Positions 1 through 12,400 are shown, numbered from the stretch's first letter. The stretch: DNA of 64,000 nucleotides from Caulobacteraceae bacterium (GCA_019247715.1 JAFBAO010000107.1:24377-88376), one strand, 5' to 3'. Translations and numbers: made by a program. The notes: generated from the letters alone by a model not told the origin.

Positions 1-715
1 CGGCCGCCGCCGCCACCACCGCCTCGGAGATGTTGACCACCGCGTGGCGGAACACCTCCTTGCCATGCATCCTGAGCTTGCCGACCGTCCCGGTCGTGGA
101 CGGGCCGCCGTCGACGTAGAGCAGGTCTTGCTTGGTCCCATCGCAGCGCAGGGCGACCCCGAGGACGCCGCGGTCGGCGACCGTCCCGTTTCCCTGCCCC
201 GGCTCCAGCACCACCGCGCCGGCGCCGTCGCCGAACAGGACGCAGGTCCCACGGTCGCTCCAGTCCATCAGCCGGGTCATGGCCTCGGAGCCGATGATCA
301 GGGCGCACTTCGCCTGGCCGCGGGCCACGAAGTTGTCGCCCACCGCCAGCGCGTAGACGAACCCCGAGCACACCGCCTGGATGTCGAAGGCGACGCCCAC
401 CGGACAGCCCAGCTTGCGCTGGACGATGGCCGCGGTGGCCGGGAAGGTGAGGTCGGCCGTGGTGGTGGCGACGATGATCAGGTCGATGTCCGCCGGCCTG
501 CGGCCCGCCGCAGCCAAGGCCCGGTCGGCGGCGGCGGCGGCGAGGTCCGAGACCGCCTCTCCCTCCACCACCTGACGCCGCTGGCGGATGCCGGTCCGCT
601 CGACGATCCAGGCGTCGCTGGTGTCGACGAACCGCGACAGGTCGTCGTTGGTCACCACCCGCGCCGGCAAATAGTCGCCGACACCGGTGACGACGCTGCG
701 TATGATGGCGCTCAC
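1..715 (-). CDS. fabH: 3-oxoacyl-ACP synthase III (partial, runs off left edge)
   Basis: Minus-strand translation from GTG 715: [26 protein letters not shown]...ERTGIRQR...[14 protein letters not shown]...LFGDGAGA; overlaps the plsX stop (GTGA). Confidence 0.95.
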   Translation of the reverse strand, partial: MSAIIRSVVTGVGDYLPARVVTNDDLSRFVDTSDAWIVERTGIRQRRQVVEGEAVSDLAAAAADRALAAAGRRPADIDLIIVATTTADLTFPATAAIVQRKLGCPVGVAFDIQAVCSGFVYALAVGDNFVARGQAKCALIIGSEAMTRLMDWSDRGTCVLFGDGAGAVVLEPGQGNGTVADRGVLGVALRCDGTKQDLLYVDGGPSTTGTVGKLRMHGKEVFRHAVVNISEAVVAAAA

Positions 716-1773
716 GCCTTGTTTCTTTCCCCGACTTCATCGGCTGCTTCGCGCATCGCGGCCGTCATTTGCCTCAGGTTTCGGTCGATCTGCGCGATGA
801 AGTCGCTGCCCGCCAGATCCGCCGCCAGCCGGATGGCGGTGGCGAATCCGCGCGCGTCGGCGCCTCCGTGGCTTTTGACTACAATCCCATTCACGCCCAG
901 GAAAGGCCCGCCGTTGATCGTGCTGGGATCAAAGCGCTCGCCTAAACGCCGCAGGGCGGCCTGGGCGATGAGGGCGCCGAGGCGGGCGAGGAGGCCGGAG
1001 GTGAAGGTGCGCCTGAGCTCGGCGCGCACGAAACGGGCGAGCCCCTCGCCTGTCTTCAGGGCCACGTTGCCGGTGAAGCCGTCGGTGACCACCACGTCGA
1101 CCGTGCCCTTGGCGATGTCGTCGCCCTCCACGAAGCCCTTGTATTCGAGGTCGAGGACCAGCTGGCGCAGCATCCGGTTGGCCTCGCGGACCTCTTCGTG
1201 GCCCTTTTCGTCCTCGGACCCCACGTTGAGCAGGCCGACGGTGGGGCGAACCGAGCCGTGCACCGCGTGGTGGAAGGCCGCGCCCATGATGGCGAACTCC
1301 ACCAGGCGGGCGGCGTCGCACTGGATGTTGGCGCCAACATCGAGCACTGCGGTGCGCCCGCGCAACGTGGGCCAGCTGGCCACGATGGCCGGCCGCTCCA
1401 TGCCGGCCGCCATCCGCAGCGCAAGCTTGGAGATGGCCATCAACGCGCCGGTGTTGCCTGCCGAGACGCAGGCCTGGGCCTCGCCGACGCGGACCGATTC
1501 GACGGCGTTCCACATGCTGGCGCCCCTGCCGCGGCGCATGGCCTGGCCCGGCTTCTCGTCCGGGGCGATCACCCGGTCGGCGTGGCGGATCTCGCAAAGC
1601 GGCTGGATCGAGGGCAGGCGCTCCATCGCGCTGCGAAGCGCCGCTTCCTGGCCATGCAGCAGGAACCGCGCCTGAAGCCCGGCCTTGACGACCCTCGCCA
1701 AGGCAGGCGCCACCACGGAGGGGCCATGATCCCCGCCCATGGCGTCGATGGAGATGACCAGGGGATCGGACAC
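712..1773 (-). CDS. plsX: Phosphate acyltransferase PlsX
   Basis: [39 protein letters not shown] motifs; GTG start chosen at 1773. Confidence 0.95.
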   Translation of the reverse strand: MSDPLVISIDAMGGDHGPSVVAPALARVVKAGLQARFLLHGQEAALRSAMERLPSIQPLCEIRHADRVIAPDEKPGQAMRRGRGASMWNAVESVRVGEAQACVSAGNTGALMAISKLALRMAAGMERPAIVASWPTLRGRTAVLDVGANIQCDAARLVEFAIMGAAFHHAVHGSVRPTVGLLNVGSEDEKGHEEVREANRMLRQLVLDLEYKGFVEGDDIAKGTVDVVVTDGFTGNVALKTGEGLARFVRAELRRTFTSGLLARLGALIAQAALRRLGERFDPSTINGGPFLGVNGIVVKSHGGADARGFATAIRLAADLAGSDFIAQIDRNLRQMTAAMREAADEVGERNKA

Positions 1774-1854
1774 GGCCCGCGTCTCGGCCCTCCCATCAGT
1801 CCCGCCTGCAGCGCCGATATAGAGAGACCTTTCGCTGCGAGGCAACCCTGCGGC

Positions 1855-2379
1855 TCAGACCGGCCAGTCGGGCTCGCCCTCGAGCAGTCGCTCCAGGGAC
1901 GTGGCGGCCAGCTTGCGGCGAGCCTCCAGCAGGTAGTCGGCCAGGGGCGCCGGCCGCGGATCGGCGACCCCCGAAAGCACCGTACGCGCGATCAGCTCCT
2001 CCATCGGCCCCCGGTCGGGAAGCGCCTCGACCGCCGAGCTCCAGGCCTTGGCGCGTCCGTAGAAGGCCTCGCCCAGGCGCCGCATGGCCTTGCCCACCGA
2101 CAGATCGCCCACCGCGAGCTCGCGCAGGCCGTGATCCAGGCCGCTGATGTAGGCGTCGAAGGCGGCCTGCGAGGCCGCGGCCGCCTCCCTGCCCCCGCCC
2201 TTCAGCCGCTCCAGCAGCAGGAGCAGGTGGTAGGTGTAGATCTCGAAGCGGCCATCGGGCGTGTCGGGCGCCCCGAGCGCCGCATAGATCCCCGGCGAGC
2301 GCGCCTGGCGCACCGCGGCCGCATAGAGCCGCCGACCAGCCGTCTTGGCCGGCCGAGGGGCGATCAGATGCTCGAGCAA
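1855..2379 (-). CDS. Ubiquinol-cytochrome c chaperone (Cbp3/UQCC1 family)
   Basis: PDTPDGRFE...H...LRELAVGDLSVGKAMRRLGEAFYGRAKA motif; usual position between bamE and plsX; TTG start inferred. Confidence 0.8.
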   Translation of the reverse strand: MLEHLIAPRPAKTAGRRLYAAAVRQARSPGIYAALGAPDTPDGRFEIYTYHLLLLLERLKGGGREAAAASQAAFDAYISGLDHGLRELAVGDLSVGKAMRRLGEAFYGRAKAWSSAVEALPDRGPMEELIARTVLSGVADPRPAPLADYLLEARRKLAATSLERLLEGEPDWPV

Positions 2380-2585
2380 CGTGGATGTCCCCGGTTCGAC
2401 CTCGTCATCGCCCCTCAGTAGCGCGTTGATTGGCGGATCGAAAGCGCGGCCCAGTGTCCTGAGTTCGAAGTTCGCCGGCCTGCTGGCGATCAAGCCGCAG
2501 GGGCCGCCGCAGCCCGCCCATTGAACTTCAGGCCGCCGGACGATAGGCAAGACCCCCGGCTCGCGCCGCTGGATGTCGTGAGGTC

Positions 2586-3071
2586 ATGCACCGCAAAGCC
2601 GTCCTTTTCGCCGCCTGTCTCGGCCTGCTCGCCGGTTCCGCCTGCACGCCCACCACCGGCTATCAGGGCTTCCAGCCTATCGATCAACGGCCGGCCGAAG
2701 TGAAGGTGGGCGAGGACACCCGCAACACCGTGCTCGCCAAGCTCGGCTCGCCGACCGTGACCTCGACCTTCGACAAGGACGTCTGGTTCTACATGTCCCA
2801 AACCCGCAATCAGACCTCCTTCTACCGGCCCAAGGTGATCAAGCGGGACGTGGTGGCGATCTCCTTCGACCACATCACCGAGCAGGTGGCATCGGTCCAT
2901 ACCTTCACGCTGCAGGACGGGCGGGTGATCGCCTATGACCGCCGCGAGACCCCCACCCGCGGTCGCGAGATGACCGTCCTGGAGCAGCTGATCGGCAGCA
3001 TCGGCCGCGGCTCCGTGCTGCCCCCGGACCAGGACATCACCCCCGGAAGCCATCCGGGCGACACCCACTAG
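2586..3071 (+). CDS. bamE: Outer membrane protein assembly factor BamE (SmpA/OmlA lipoprotein)
   Basis: Lipobox LAGSAC; GEDTRNTVLAKLGSPT...WFYMSQ SmpA pattern. Confidence 0.88.
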   Translation: MHRKAVLFAACLGLLAGSACTPTTGYQGFQPIDQRPAEVKVGEDTRNTVLAKLGSPTVTSTFDKDVWFYMSQTRNQTSFYRPKVIKRDVVAISFDHITEQVASVHTFTLQDGRVIAYDRRETPTRGREMTVLEQLIGSIGRGSVLPPDQDITPGSHPGDTH

Positions 3072-3215
3072 GGGTCGCGGGACTTCCCCGCCTGCGCCTT
3101 TCAATGTTGCGCAAGCGAAAGGAAAAAATTCTTCCAGCGCTCAGACTTCGCCCTTAGGTGTCGGGCGCTGGACCCTGCGCCGCCATATAGGGCGGCGCCG
3201 GAAAGGATTGTCGGG

Positions 3216-4364
3216 ATGACCGCGCGGCCAAGGATGAGTTGGGGGCTCGCCCTGCTGGGCGTCCCGCTTGTCGGCCTCGTCGCCTGGGCGATCGCCGCCG
3301 GCCACCGGCCGGCTAGCGCGGCCAAAGCGCCTGCCGCGGTCCCGGTGACCGTCGCCCAGGTCGCGGTGGCCGACGTGCCGATCTCGATCACCGCGCTCGG
3401 CGCGGCGCGCGCCTGGCAGAGCGTCGTGATCAACGCCCAGGTCAACGGCGTCTTGCGGTTCGTGGCCCCCGAGGGGGCGGACGTGGCGGCCGGGACGCTG
3501 CTCGCCGAGATCGAATCGGCGCCGTACCAGGCCGCGCTCACCCAGGCGGAAGGGGCCTTGCGGCGCGACCGCGCGCTCCTGGCCGCCGCCCGCGTGGACC
3601 TCGCGCGCTACCAGACCCTGGTCGCCCAGGACTCCCTGCCCCGCCAGCAGCTCGACACCCAGGCCGCGCTCGTCAAACAGTACGAGGGCGCCGTCCAGGT
3701 CGACGAGGGGGCGGTCGCAGCCGCCAGGGTCAACGTCGGCTACTGCCGGATCCGCTCGCCGATCGCTGGCCGGGTGGGCGTGCGGCTGATCGATCCGGGC
3801 AACGTCGTTCAGACCTCGACGGCCGGCGGCATCGTCAGCGTCAACCAGATCACCCCCATCGCAGTGACCTTCACCGTGCCGCAGGGCGATTTCCAGAGGC
3901 TCTGGGACGCCTCCGGCGGCTTCTCGCGGCCCATGCCCACGACCGCCCTCAGCCAGGAGAGCGGGGCGGTGCTCGACAGAGGCGAGCTCACGGCGGCCGA
4001 CAACCACGTGGACGCCGCCACGGGCACCGTGCAGCTGAAGGCGCGCTTTCCCAACGGGGCCAGGCGCCTCTGGCCCGGCCAGTACGTGAACATCAGCCTC
4101 ACGCTGCAGACCCTGCCGCGGGCGGTGACCATCCCCGCCACCGCCGTGAACCCGGGGCCGGGCGGCCCGTTCGCCTATGTGGTGGGCGCCAACAACAGGG
4201 TTGCGGCGCGGCCGATCGCGGTGGCCGCGATCCAGGATTTTACGGCCGTTATCCGCGTGGGTCTGCGGCCGGGCGAGCGGGTGGTGACCGACGGCCAGAT
4301 GCAGCTGCGGCCGGGAATGTCGGTGGCGGTCCGGGGAGCCCCGCCGAGGGCGGCAGGCGCTTGA
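3216..4364 (+). CDS. RND efflux periplasmic adaptor (MdtA-like MFP)
   Basis: N-terminal TM anchor, lipoyl/hairpin MFP motifs (IRSPIAGRVG, DAATGTVQLKARFPN, LWPGQYV). Confidence 0.9.
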   Translation: MTARPRMSWGLALLGVPLVGLVAWAIAAGHRPASAAKAPAAVPVTVAQVAVADVPISITALGAARAWQSVVINAQVNGVLRFVAPEGADVAAGTLLAEIESAPYQAALTQAEGALRRDRALLAAARVDLARYQTLVAQDSLPRQQLDTQAALVKQYEGAVQVDEGAVAAARVNVGYCRIRSPIAGRVGVRLIDPGNVVQTSTAGGIVSVNQITPIAVTFTVPQGDFQRLWDASGGFSRPMPTTALSQESGAVLDRGELTAADNHVDAATGTVQLKARFPNGARRLWPGQYVNISLTLQTLPRAVTIPATAVNPGPGGPFAYVVGANNRVAARPIAVAAIQDFTAVIRVGLRPGERVVTDGQMQLRPGMSVAVRGAPPRAAGA

Positions 4365-7300
4365 GCCCCTCCGGCCCCTTCATCCGGCGGCCGATCGCCA
4401 CCTCGCTGATCGCCGCCGCCGTCTTCGTCTTCGGCCTGGTGGCCTACTTCGCCCTGCCGGTGGCCGCCCTCCCGCAGGTCGACTTCCCGACCTTGCAGGT
4501 GAGCGCCTCGCTGCCGGGGGCCAGCCCCGAGACCATGGCCTCCAACGTGGCGACCCCTCTGGAGCGGCAGCTGTCGCTGATCCCCGGGGTCACCCAGATG
4601 ACCTCGTCGAGCATCGGCGGCTCGACTTCCATCACCATCCAGTTCGAGCTGTCGCGCAACATCGACGCGGCGGCCCAGGACGTCCAGTCGGCGATCAACG
4701 CCGCCGGCGGCCAGCTTCCCACCAACCTTCCGGCCCCTCCGACCGTCCGCAAGGTCAACCCGGCCGATGCTCCGATCATGCTCCTGTCGCTGAAGTCGGA
4801 CACCCTGCCGCTCGAGGTGGTCAGCGACTACGCCGACAACATCCTCTCCCAGCAGATCTCGCGGATCGACGGGGTCGGCCTCGTCAACGTGGGCGGCCAG
4901 CAGAAACCGGCGATCCGCATCCGGATCGACCCCCGAAAGGCCGCCGCCCTCGGCCTGCAGCTGGACGCCGTGCGGGCGGCCATTGCGGCCAACACCGTCA
5001 ACGCCCCCAAGGGCGCGATCAACGGGCGGCAGAAGAGCCTGGCCGTCTACGCCAACGACCAGGTGCTGGACGTCGCCGTGTGGAACGATCTGATCGTCGG
5101 CTACCAGAACGGGGCGCCGATCCGAATCCGGGACATCGGCGAGGCGGTGCGTGGCCCGGAGAACAACCTGGCCGGCGCCTGGTCCTTTCCCGGCCCGGCC
5201 AACACCGATCCGGCCTTCAAGGGCGGCCGCGCGATCCTCCTGATCATCTTCAAGCAGCCGGGCGCCAACGTCATCAAGACGGTCGACAAGATCACCGCCG
5301 CGCTCCCGCGTCTCAAGTCGAACATCCCTCCAGCCATCGACGTCAGCGTGCTGGCCGATCGGACCCAGACCATCCGCGCCTCGGTCCGCGACGTGAAGAT
5401 CACCCTCCTGGTCACTATCGCGATGGTGGTGGGGGTCATCTTCCTGTTCCTGCGGAACGTGCGGGTGACGCTGATCCCCAGCTTGGTCATCCCGCTGTCG
5501 CTGCTCGGGACCGCGGCGATCATGCTGGCCGGCGGCTTCAGCCTCGACAACCTCTCGCTGATGGCGATGACGATCGCGGTGGGCTTCGTGGTCGACGACG
5601 CCATCGTCATGGTGGAGGTGATCTGGCGGCGCATCGAGGAGGGCGAACGGCCGCTGGCCGCCGCCCTGGCCGGATCCGGCGAAGTGGCGTTCACCATCCT
5701 CACCATCGCCATCTCCCTGATCGCCGTCTTCACGCCGCTGATGTTCATGGGCGGGGTGGTCGGACGGCTGATGCGCGAGTTCGCCCTCACCCTGAGCGCG
5801 GCGGTGTTCATCTCGGTGATCCTGTCGCTCAGCCTGACGCCCATGCTTTGCGGCCGGTTCCTGAGGGTGCCCAAGCCCGCGACGAACCGGTTCATGCTGG
5901 CGCTGGAGCGCGGCTTCGCTCGGATCGAACGCGGCTACGCCCGGGGCCTCGAGATCGTGCTGCGCCACAAGCGACTGACCTTCGGCGTATTCCTGGCCAC
6001 CGCCGCGGCGGCCTTCATCCTCTACCTCACCGTGCCCACCGGCTTCTTCCCCCAGCAGGACACCGGCTTCATCCAGGGCCAGATCATCACCTCGCAAGAC
6101 GCGTCGTTCGCCAAGATGGGCGACAAGGTGACCCAGGTGGGCCAGGTCATCGAACAGGATCCGGACGTCGCGACAGTCGGCATGTTCGTCGGCTTCAACG
6201 GCCTCAACAGCGCCAACACCAGCCTCACCCTGAGGCCGAAGGACGGCGGCCGCTCCGCCACCGCCGATCAGATCATCGGCCGGCTCCGCCCGAAGCTCGC
6301 CCAGCTGGTGGGCGTGCGCACCTACCTCCAGGCGTCGCAGGACATCAACGTCGGCGGCCGCATCTCCCGGGCCCAGTATCAGTACACGCTCTCAGACGCC
6401 GATCTGAACGAGCTCAACACCTGGGCGCCGAGACTGGAGGCCGCCCTCGAGGCCATGCCCGAACTGAAGGACGTGAGCTCCGACCTGCAGACTGAGGCCG
6501 CGGCGGTGAACCTGACCATCGACCGCGCCCAGGCCGCCCGCTTCGGAATCTCGCCCGCCGACATCGACGCGGCGATCTACAATCTGATCGGCCAGCACCA
6601 GGTGGCTCAATATTTCACCCAGCTGAACAGCTACCACGTGATCGTCGAGGCGCCGCCGAACCTGCAGCTGACTCCCGACCTCTTCGGCTCGGTCTATTTG
6701 CGCTCCCCGATCACCGGCAAGAGCGTGCCCCTGTCGCTGTTCGTCAAGGTCGACCCCAACGCCGTCAGCAGCCTCAGCGTGAGCCACCAGGGCCAGTTTC
6801 CGGCCGCCACCCTGTCGTTCAACCTGTCGCCAGGCGTAGCGCTCGGCCAGGCGACGGCGGCGGTGGAAGCCGCCCAGGCGAAGCTTGGCGCTCCGCCCAG
6901 CCTAACCGGCGATTTCCAGGGGACGGCCCAGGCCTTCCAGCAGTCGCTTTCCAGCGAGCCGGTCCTGATCGCGGCGGCCTTGCTCGCCGTCTACATCATT
7001 CTCGGCATTCTCTATGAGAGCTACATCCACCCTCTGACGATCCTGTCCACCCTGCCCTCGGCGGGTCTGGGCGCGCTGCTGGCCCTGCTGGCCGCCGGCC
7101 AGACGCTCAACGTGATCGGCATCATCGCGATCATCCTCCTGATCGGGATCGTCAAGAAGAACGGGATAATGATCGTCGACGTGGCGCTGAAGCTGGAGCG
7201 CGAGGAAGGTCTTCCGGCCGAACAGGCGGTGGCCCTGGCCTCGCAACGGCGCCTGCGGCCGATCCTGATGACCACGGCCTGCGCCATGCTGGGCGGCATG

Positions 7301-7561
7301 CCCATGATCCTGGCGCTGGGCACCGGCTCGGAGTTCCGCCAGCCCCTCGGCTACGGCATCGTGGGAGGCCTCGTGGTCTCCCAGATGCTCACCCTGTTCA
7401 CCACCCCGGTGATCTACATCTATCTGGACCGCTTCCGCCACCGGGGCGCTCGGAGACGCGCCGCGCCGCCCGTCCCCGAGCCGGAAACGCCTCCCCAGGC
7501 CCCTATTTCAGGAGGCCGTGCGCCAGCATCGCGAGAAGCAGTAGCGCAACGATATTCGTGA
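4361..7561 (+). CDS. RND efflux transporter permease (MdtB/MdtC-like, HAE1)
   Basis: [49 protein letters not shown]; coupled to the MFP by overlapping stop/start. Confidence 0.93.
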   Translation: MSPSGPFIRRPIATSLIAAAVFVFGLVAYFALPVAALPQVDFPTLQVSASLPGASPETMASNVATPLERQLSLIPGVTQMTSSSIGGSTSITIQFELSRNIDAAAQDVQSAINAAGGQLPTNLPAPPTVRKVNPADAPIMLLSLKSDTLPLEVVSDYADNILSQQISRIDGVGLVNVGGQQKPAIRIRIDPRKAAALGLQLDAVRAAIAANTVNAPKGAINGRQKSLAVYANDQVLDVAVWNDLIVGYQNGAPIRIRDIGEAVRGPENNLAGAWSFPGPANTDPAFKGGRAILLIIFKQPGANVIKTVDKITAALPRLKSNIPPAIDVSVLADRTQTIRASVRDVKITLLVTIAMVVGVIFLFLRNVRVTLIPSLVIPLSLLGTAAIMLAGGFSLDNLSLMAMTIAVGFVVDDAIVMVEVIWRRIEEGERPLAAALAGSGEVAFTILTIAISLIAVFTPLMFMGGVVGRLMREFALTLSAAVFISVILSLSLTPMLCGRFLRVPKPATNRFMLALERGFARIERGYARGLEIVLRHKRLTFGVFLATAAAAFILYLTVPTGFFPQQDTGFIQGQIITSQDASFAKMGDKVTQVGQVIEQDPDVATVGMFVGFNGLNSANTSLTLRPKDGGRSATADQIIGRLRPKLAQLVGVRTYLQASQDINVGGRISRAQYQYTLSDADLNELNTWAPRLEAALEAMPELKDVSSDLQTEAAAVNLTIDRAQAARFGISPADIDAAIYNLIGQHQVAQYFTQLNSYHVIVEAPPNLQLTPDLFGSVYLRSPITGKSVPLSLFVKVDPNAVSSLSVSHQGQFPAATLSFNLSPGVALGQATAAVEAAQAKLGAPPSLTGDFQGTAQAFQQSLSSEPVLIAAALLAVYIILGILYESYIHPLTILSTLPSAGLGALLALLAAGQTLNVIGIIAIILLIGIVKKNGIMIVDVALKLEREEGLPAEQAVALASQRRLRPILMTTACAMLGGMPMILALGTGSEFRQPLGYGIVGGLVVSQMLTLFTTPVIYIYLDRFRHRGARRRAAPPVPEPETPPQAPISGGRAPASREAVAQRYS

Positions 7562-9629
7562 TCTTGATCATCGGGTTCACCGCCGGACCGGCGGTGTCCT
7601 TGTAGGGGTCGCCGACGGTGTCGCCGGTCACCGCGGCCTTGTGGGCCTCGGATCCCTTGCCGCCGTGGTGGCCTTCTTCGATCAGCTTCTTGGCGTTGTC
7701 CCAGGCCCCGCCGCCGGAGGTCATCGAAATGGCGACGAAGAGGCCGGTGACGATGACGCCCATGAGCATGGCGCCCAGGGCGGAGAAGGCCTCCGTTTTG
7801 CCGGCGATGGACCGGATCACGTAGAAGAGCACGATCGGCGAGGCCACGGGGAGCAGCGAGGGAACCACCATCTCGCGGATGGCGGCGCGGGTGAGGATGT
7901 CCACCGCCCGGCCGTATTCGGGCTTGACCTCATAGGTCATGATGCCCGGGTTCTCCTTGAACTGGCGGCGCACCTCGGCGACCACCGATTCGGCCGCCCG
8001 GCCCACCGCGGTCATGGAAAGCCCCCCGAACAGGAACGGCAGCAGGCCGCCAAACAGCAGACCCACGACCACGTAGGGATTGCTGAGGTCGAAACGCACC
8101 TCGCCCACGTCGGCGAAGAACGGGAAGGCGCCGGAATTGGCCGAGAAGAAATGCAGGTCCTGGGTGTAGGCGGCGAAGAGGACGAGGGCGCCCAGGCCCG
8201 CCGAGCCGATCGCGTAGCCCTTGGTGACCGCCTTGGTGGTGTTGCCCACCGCGTCCAGCGCATCGGTGGACACCCGCACATCGCCCGGCAGGCCGGCCAT
8301 CTCGGCGATGCCGCCGGCGTTGTCGGTGACCGGACCGAAGGCGTCCAGCGCGACGATGAAGCCCGCCAGGGACAGCATGGCGGTGGTGGCGATGGCGATG
8401 CCAAAGAGGCCGGCCAGGTTATAGGTGACGATGATGCCGGCGATGATCACCAGCGCCGGCGCCGCCGTGGACTCCAGCGACATGGCCAAGCCCTGGATCA
8501 CGTTGGTGCCGTGGCCGGAGACCGAGGCCTTGGCCACCGACTTGACCGGCCGGAAGCCGGTGCCGGTGTAGTATTCGGTGATCACCACGATGGCCGCGGT
8601 GACCAGCAGGCCCGCCAGGCCGCAGAAATAGAGCGCCATCGCATCGAAGGTCTTGCCCCCGGCGCTCAGCGGACCGGTGGGGACGAGCTTGGTGATGACG
8701 AAGTAGAGCGCCGCCGCCGAGAGCACGCCGGTGACGATGAGGCCCTGGTAGAGGGCGCCCATGATGTTGCGGCTCTTGCCGAGACGGACGAAGAAGGCGC
8801 CGATGATCGAGGTGACGACGCACGCCCCGCAGACGGCCAGCGGCAGCTCCATCATCGTCGCGGCCAGGCCGCCGGTGAAGAAGATCGCCGCCAGCACCAT
8901 GGTGGCCACGGTGGTCACCGCATAGGTCTCGAAGAGGTCGGCGGCCATGCCGGCGCAGTCGCCCACGTTGTCGCCCACGTTGTCGGCGATGGTGGCGGCG
9001 TTGCGCGGATCGTCTTCCGGAATGCCGGCCTCGACCTTGCCGACCATGTCGCCGCCGACGTCGGCCCCCTTGGTGAAGATGCCGCCGCCGAGGCGGGCGA
9101 AGATCGAGATCAGCGAGGCGCCGAAACCGAGCGCCACGAGGGAATCCACCACCTCGCGGCTGGTGTTCTCCAGATGCAGGGCCTGGGTGAGGATGAGGTA
9201 GTAGACCGACACGCCCAGCAGGGCGAAGCCGGCCACCAGCATGCCGGTCACCGCGCCGGACCGGAACGCCAGGGAGAGCCCCTGGGCCAGGCCCTTCGAG
9301 GCCGCCTCGGCGGTGCGGACGTTGGCCCGCACCGAGATCAGCATGCCGGCGAAGCCCGCCGCGCCCGAAAGGGCCGCCCCGATCAGGAAGCCGAGCGCCG
9401 CATAGGGCCCGATCAGAAAGTACACGGCGACGAGGATCACCAACCCGACGCCGGCGATCGTCGTGTACTGGCGGCGCAGATAGGCCTGGGCGCCCTCCTG
9501 GATCGCCGCGGCGATTTCACGCATCCGCTCATTGCCCGCCGGGGCCCGCAAGAGAGCGGCGGACTGGGCCACGCCGTAGAGCACGGCCAATGCGCCGGCG
9601 AGGATCACCAGCATCAGAACAGAACTCAT
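7503..9629 (-). CDS. hppA: Membrane H+-translocating pyrophosphatase, K+-independent type
   Basis: [41 protein letters not shown] motifs; [10 protein letters not shown] carries the Lys of K+-independent enzymes. Confidence 0.95.
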   Translation of the reverse strand: MSSVLMLVILAGALAVLYGVAQSAALLRAPAGNERMREIAAAIQEGAQAYLRRQYTTIAGVGLVILVAVYFLIGPYAALGFLIGAALSGAAGFAGMLISVRANVRTAEAASKGLAQGLSLAFRSGAVTGMLVAGFALLGVSVYYLILTQALHLENTSREVVDSLVALGFGASLISIFARLGGGIFTKGADVGGDMVGKVEAGIPEDDPRNAATIADNVGDNVGDCAGMAADLFETYAVTTVATMVLAAIFFTGGLAATMMELPLAVCGACVVTSIIGAFFVRLGKSRNIMGALYQGLIVTGVLSAAALYFVITKLVPTGPLSAGGKTFDAMALYFCGLAGLLVTAAIVVITEYYTGTGFRPVKSVAKASVSGHGTNVIQGLAMSLESTAAPALVIIAGIIVTYNLAGLFGIAIATTAMLSLAGFIVALDAFGPVTDNAGGIAEMAGLPGDVRVSTDALDAVGNTTKAVTKGYAIGSAGLGALVLFAAYTQDLHFFSANSGAFPFFADVGEVRFDLSNPYVVVGLLFGGLLPFLFGGLSMTAVGRAAESVVAEVRRQFKENPGIMTYEVKPEYGRAVDILTRAAIREMVVPSLLPVASPIVLFYVIRSIAGKTEAFSALGAMLMGVIVTGLFVAISMTSGGGAWDNAKKLIEEGHHGGKGSEAHKAAVTGDTVGDPYKDTAGPAVNPMIKITNIVALLLLAMLAHGLLK

Positions 9630-9802
9630 TTAATTGCGCCCCTCTTCTGCGCCGACAGCCGCACTCGCTTATCCGGCGAGGCGGACTGATGGCCAAAATC
9701 CCGCTTCGGGTGAGCGAGGGGCGGGCCCCTCGAAAAAAGTCGGCGGAAACTGCCAAAACCCTCCGCCGGACGCAACAGGGCGTCCGTTTCGATCCGAAAA
9801 AC

Positions 9803-10225
9803 TCAGCGCGCCGCGAGTTTAGGCTTGGGGAGGCCGGTGCGGCGCATGGGTCCTCCGCCAGGCAGGATTTCGATGGAGGCGATGCTTCCGGGACCACCGA
9901 TCGCCACCGCCGCCTGGTAAAGGGCCGCCTTCAGCTTGCCCTCGTCGAGCCGCGTGTAGTCGTCGTAGCGCGTGAACGGGGTTCGATGGGCGGCGCGCAC
10001 CAGGGCGTCCCGGAAATAGGGCTCCTTGTCACGGAGCTTCGGCATGTCGGCCGACCCGGTCAGATTGATGCGCAGATAGACGAAGACGTAATTGATCAGC
10101 CGCCCGTCCGCCGCCACCGGCAACGCCACGGGGGCCAGGTCCACGTACTGGCCGGCCTGCTCGGCCATGGCCGCGCCGGCGGCCAAGGCGAGAGGAAGGC
10201 TGAGCAGCAGACGGCGGCGACGCAT
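9803..10225 (-). CDS. Exported hypothetical protein, FliL-like beta-rich domain
   Basis: RRRRLL plus hydrophobic stretch and AMA cleavage site; YVDLAPVALPV...YVFVYLRINL...LRDKEPYFRDALV resembles the FliL C-domain. Confidence 0.55.
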   Translation of the reverse strand: MRRRRLLLSLPLALAAGAAMAEQAGQYVDLAPVALPVAADGRLINYVFVYLRINLTGSADMPKLRDKEPYFRDALVRAAHRTPFTRYDDYTRLDEGKLKAALYQAAVAIGGPGSIASIEILPGGGPMRRTGLPKPKLAAR

Positions 10226-10297
10226 GGGCGGTATCCGAATCGGTTCGGCCGATTAGGCCCGTCGAACCCTTGCCACCGGGTTTCCGGCCCAAGGGAG

Positions 10298-11266
10298 CTA
10301 GCGGTGCCGCCAGCCGAGCGCGCCGGGCTGCAGCGCCACCCCGTCCGCGACCACCTCGAGGCCGGGCGCCTCGGTGAAGCTCCCCACCACCGCGGCCGCG
10401 ATCCCGAGGCCCTCGGCCGCCCTCGCCAGGGCCTCGCCGTCGGCGGCCGCGCAGACGAGAGCGTAGTCGTCCCCGGCGCTGGCCAGCTGCAGGATCGCCG
10501 CCGACCGGTCCGCCTGTCGCTGCAGCCAGGCCCGCGCCGGCTGCGAGAGAGGCGTTCGCCCGAGGTCGATCCTCGCCCCGCAGCCGCTCGCCTCGGCCAC
10601 GTGCATCGCGTCGGCCAGCAGGCCGTCGGAAACATCGGCGGCGGCGGCGGCGTGCGATCGCAGAGCCTCGCGCAGAACCAGCAGGGGCTCGGGCAGGCGA
10701 TAGTGGCGCGCGAGCGCCCCGCCGGGATCGGAAAGCTCGCCGCGCGCCGCCTTGAGCCCGAGCAGGCCGTCGCCGATCGCCCCGCACGCCACCAGCGCGT
10801 CGCCCGGACGGGCGCCCGAGCGGCGCACCATGGCGCCGGCGGGAACCCAGCCGAGCATGGCGGCGTCCACGGTCAGCGGGCCCGGCGTGGCGGCCGTATC
10901 CCCGCCGAGCAGGGCGAGACCGAACCGATCCCCGTCCTCCGCCAGCCCCCGGATGAAGGCCTCGCGGTCCGCCCAGGGCCGGCCTTCGGGCCAGGCGGTC
11001 ATGAGGAAATATCCGAATGGCTCGGCGGCCTTGGCCGCCAGATCCGAGAGGTTGGTGCGCAGCAGCCGCCGCGCCACGATGTCCGCCGCTTCGCCGGCCA
11101 GGAAATGCACGCCCTCCACCATGGCGTCCTGGGTGACCACCAGATCGAACCCCGGCCGGCTGGGCAGAACGGCCGCGTCGTCCATCAGACCCAGCGCCTC
11201 GGCCGCGCCCCGCGTCAGGGGCCGCAGCGCGGCGATCCAGTCGAATTCGTCAGGCGCCGCGGGCAT
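10298..11266 (-). CDS. thiL: Thiamine-monophosphate kinase
   Basis: [48 protein letters not shown]. Confidence 0.93.
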   Translation of the reverse strand: MPAAPDEFDWIAALRPLTRGAAEALGLMDDAAVLPSRPGFDLVVTQDAMVEGVHFLAGEAADIVARRLLRTNLSDLAAKAAEPFGYFLMTAWPEGRPWADREAFIRGLAEDGDRFGLALLGGDTAATPGPLTVDAAMLGWVPAGAMVRRSGARPGDALVACGAIGDGLLGLKAARGELSDPGGALARHYRLPEPLLVLREALRSHAAAAADVSDGLLADAMHVAEASGCGARIDLGRTPLSQPARAWLQRQADRSAAILQLASAGDDYALVCAAADGEALARAAEGLGIAAAVVGSFTEAPGLEVVADGVALQPGALGWRHR

Positions 11267-11702
11267 CCCGCGCCACGCCGTCCAGGGCCGCATTGACGAA
11301 GCCCGCCTCGGGACCGTCGAAGAACGACTTGGCGATCTCGACGTACTCGTTGATCGCGACCTCGGCCGGAACGTCCGCGCGGCGCATGAGCTCGTAGGCG
11401 CCGGCCCTCAGGATCGCGCGGGCGGTGGCGTCGATGCGCTCCAGCCGCCAGTCCTTGGCGAGCCGCCGGCTGACCGCCTTGTCGATGGGCGCCTGGTCGG
11501 CCACTACGCCGCGAACCAGCTCGCCGAAGAAGGCCTCGTCGGCCTGGGCCAGCCGAAGCCCGTCAAGATCCCGGTCGAAGCGATGCTCGCCGAACTCGCG
11601 GATCACCGCCTCGACGCCGGCGCCGGCGGTCTCCATCTGGTAGAGCGCCTGGACGGCTGCCAGGCGCGCCACCGACCGCGCCTGCCGGGGGGGCGGATTC
11701 AT
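11250..11702 (-). CDS. nusB: Transcription antitermination factor NusB
   Basis: [39 protein letters not shown]. Confidence 0.95.
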   Translation of the reverse strand: MNPPPRQARSVARLAAVQALYQMETAGAGVEAVIREFGEHRFDRDLDGLRLAQADEAFFGELVRGVVADQAPIDKAVSRRLAKDWRLERIDATARAILRAGAYELMRRADVPAEVAINEYVEIAKSFFDGPEAGFVNAALDGVARDARGA

Positions 11703-11834
11703 GGCGGCGCACACCCGGCGCCGGGCCGCGCTGAGGTCGGGAGGTCGAAGGAGTCAGCGAGCATGGCGGGGCCTTGCGGAGAAAGGCCGCAGCCTACGAC
11801 GCCGACGCCCGCCCCGTCCAACAGCCGTGCGTGC

Positions 11835-12299
11835 TCATCCCGCCTCGTCGGCCAGGCCCTCGTCGCTGAGGAAACGGGCGAAGTCGTCGGTCTGGCGAAA
11901 ATCGCGGTAGACCGAGGCGTAGCGGACATAGGCCACCTCATCGAGCGACTTCAGGGCCTTCATCACCAGCTCGCCCACGACATGCGACGGAATTTCGGTC
12001 TCGCCCATGCTCTCGAGCTGGCGGACGATAGCGCTCACCAGCCGCTCGACACGTTCGGGATCGACCGGCCGCTTGCGAAGGGCGATCGAGACCGAACGCA
12101 CCAGCTTCTCGCGATCGAAAGGGGCCCGCCGCCCGGAGCGCTTCAGGATCGTCAGCTCGCGCAGCTGGACACGCTCGAAGGTGGTGAACCGGCCGCCGCA
12201 CTCCGGACACAGACGCCGGCGGCGGATAGCGGCCGAATCCTCCGAAGGGCGACTGTCCTTCACCTGACTCTCGAGGTGGCCGCAAAATGGGCATCGCAT
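11835..12299 (-). CDS. nrdR: Transcriptional repressor NrdR
   Basis: MRCPFC...DSR...[18 protein letters not shown]; ATP cone; [10 protein letters not shown]. Confidence 0.97.
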   Translation of the reverse strand: MRCPFCGHLESQVKDSRPSEDSAAIRRRRLCPECGGRFTTFERVQLRELTILKRSGRRAPFDREKLVRSVSIALRKRPVDPERVERLVSAIVRQLESMGETEIPSHVVGELVMKALKSLDEVAYVRYASVYRDFRQTDDFARFLSDEGLADEAG

Positions 12300-12400
12300 A
12301 TCTGGCCCTCCCGAAGGCCCCGGCTACCATTACTAGCAGATGGGAAGCCTCGGCGGGAAACACCAATGGTGGCTGAACCCCGCAGGGCTGGAGCGCCAGC

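Noticed and set aside
9630-9802. Possible riboswitch or structured leader upstream of hppA
   Set aside because: Only generic GC hairpins; no recognisable aptamer motif
11703-11834. Possible ribH remnant between nrdR and nusB
   Set aside because: No lumazine synthase motif recognisable in any frame
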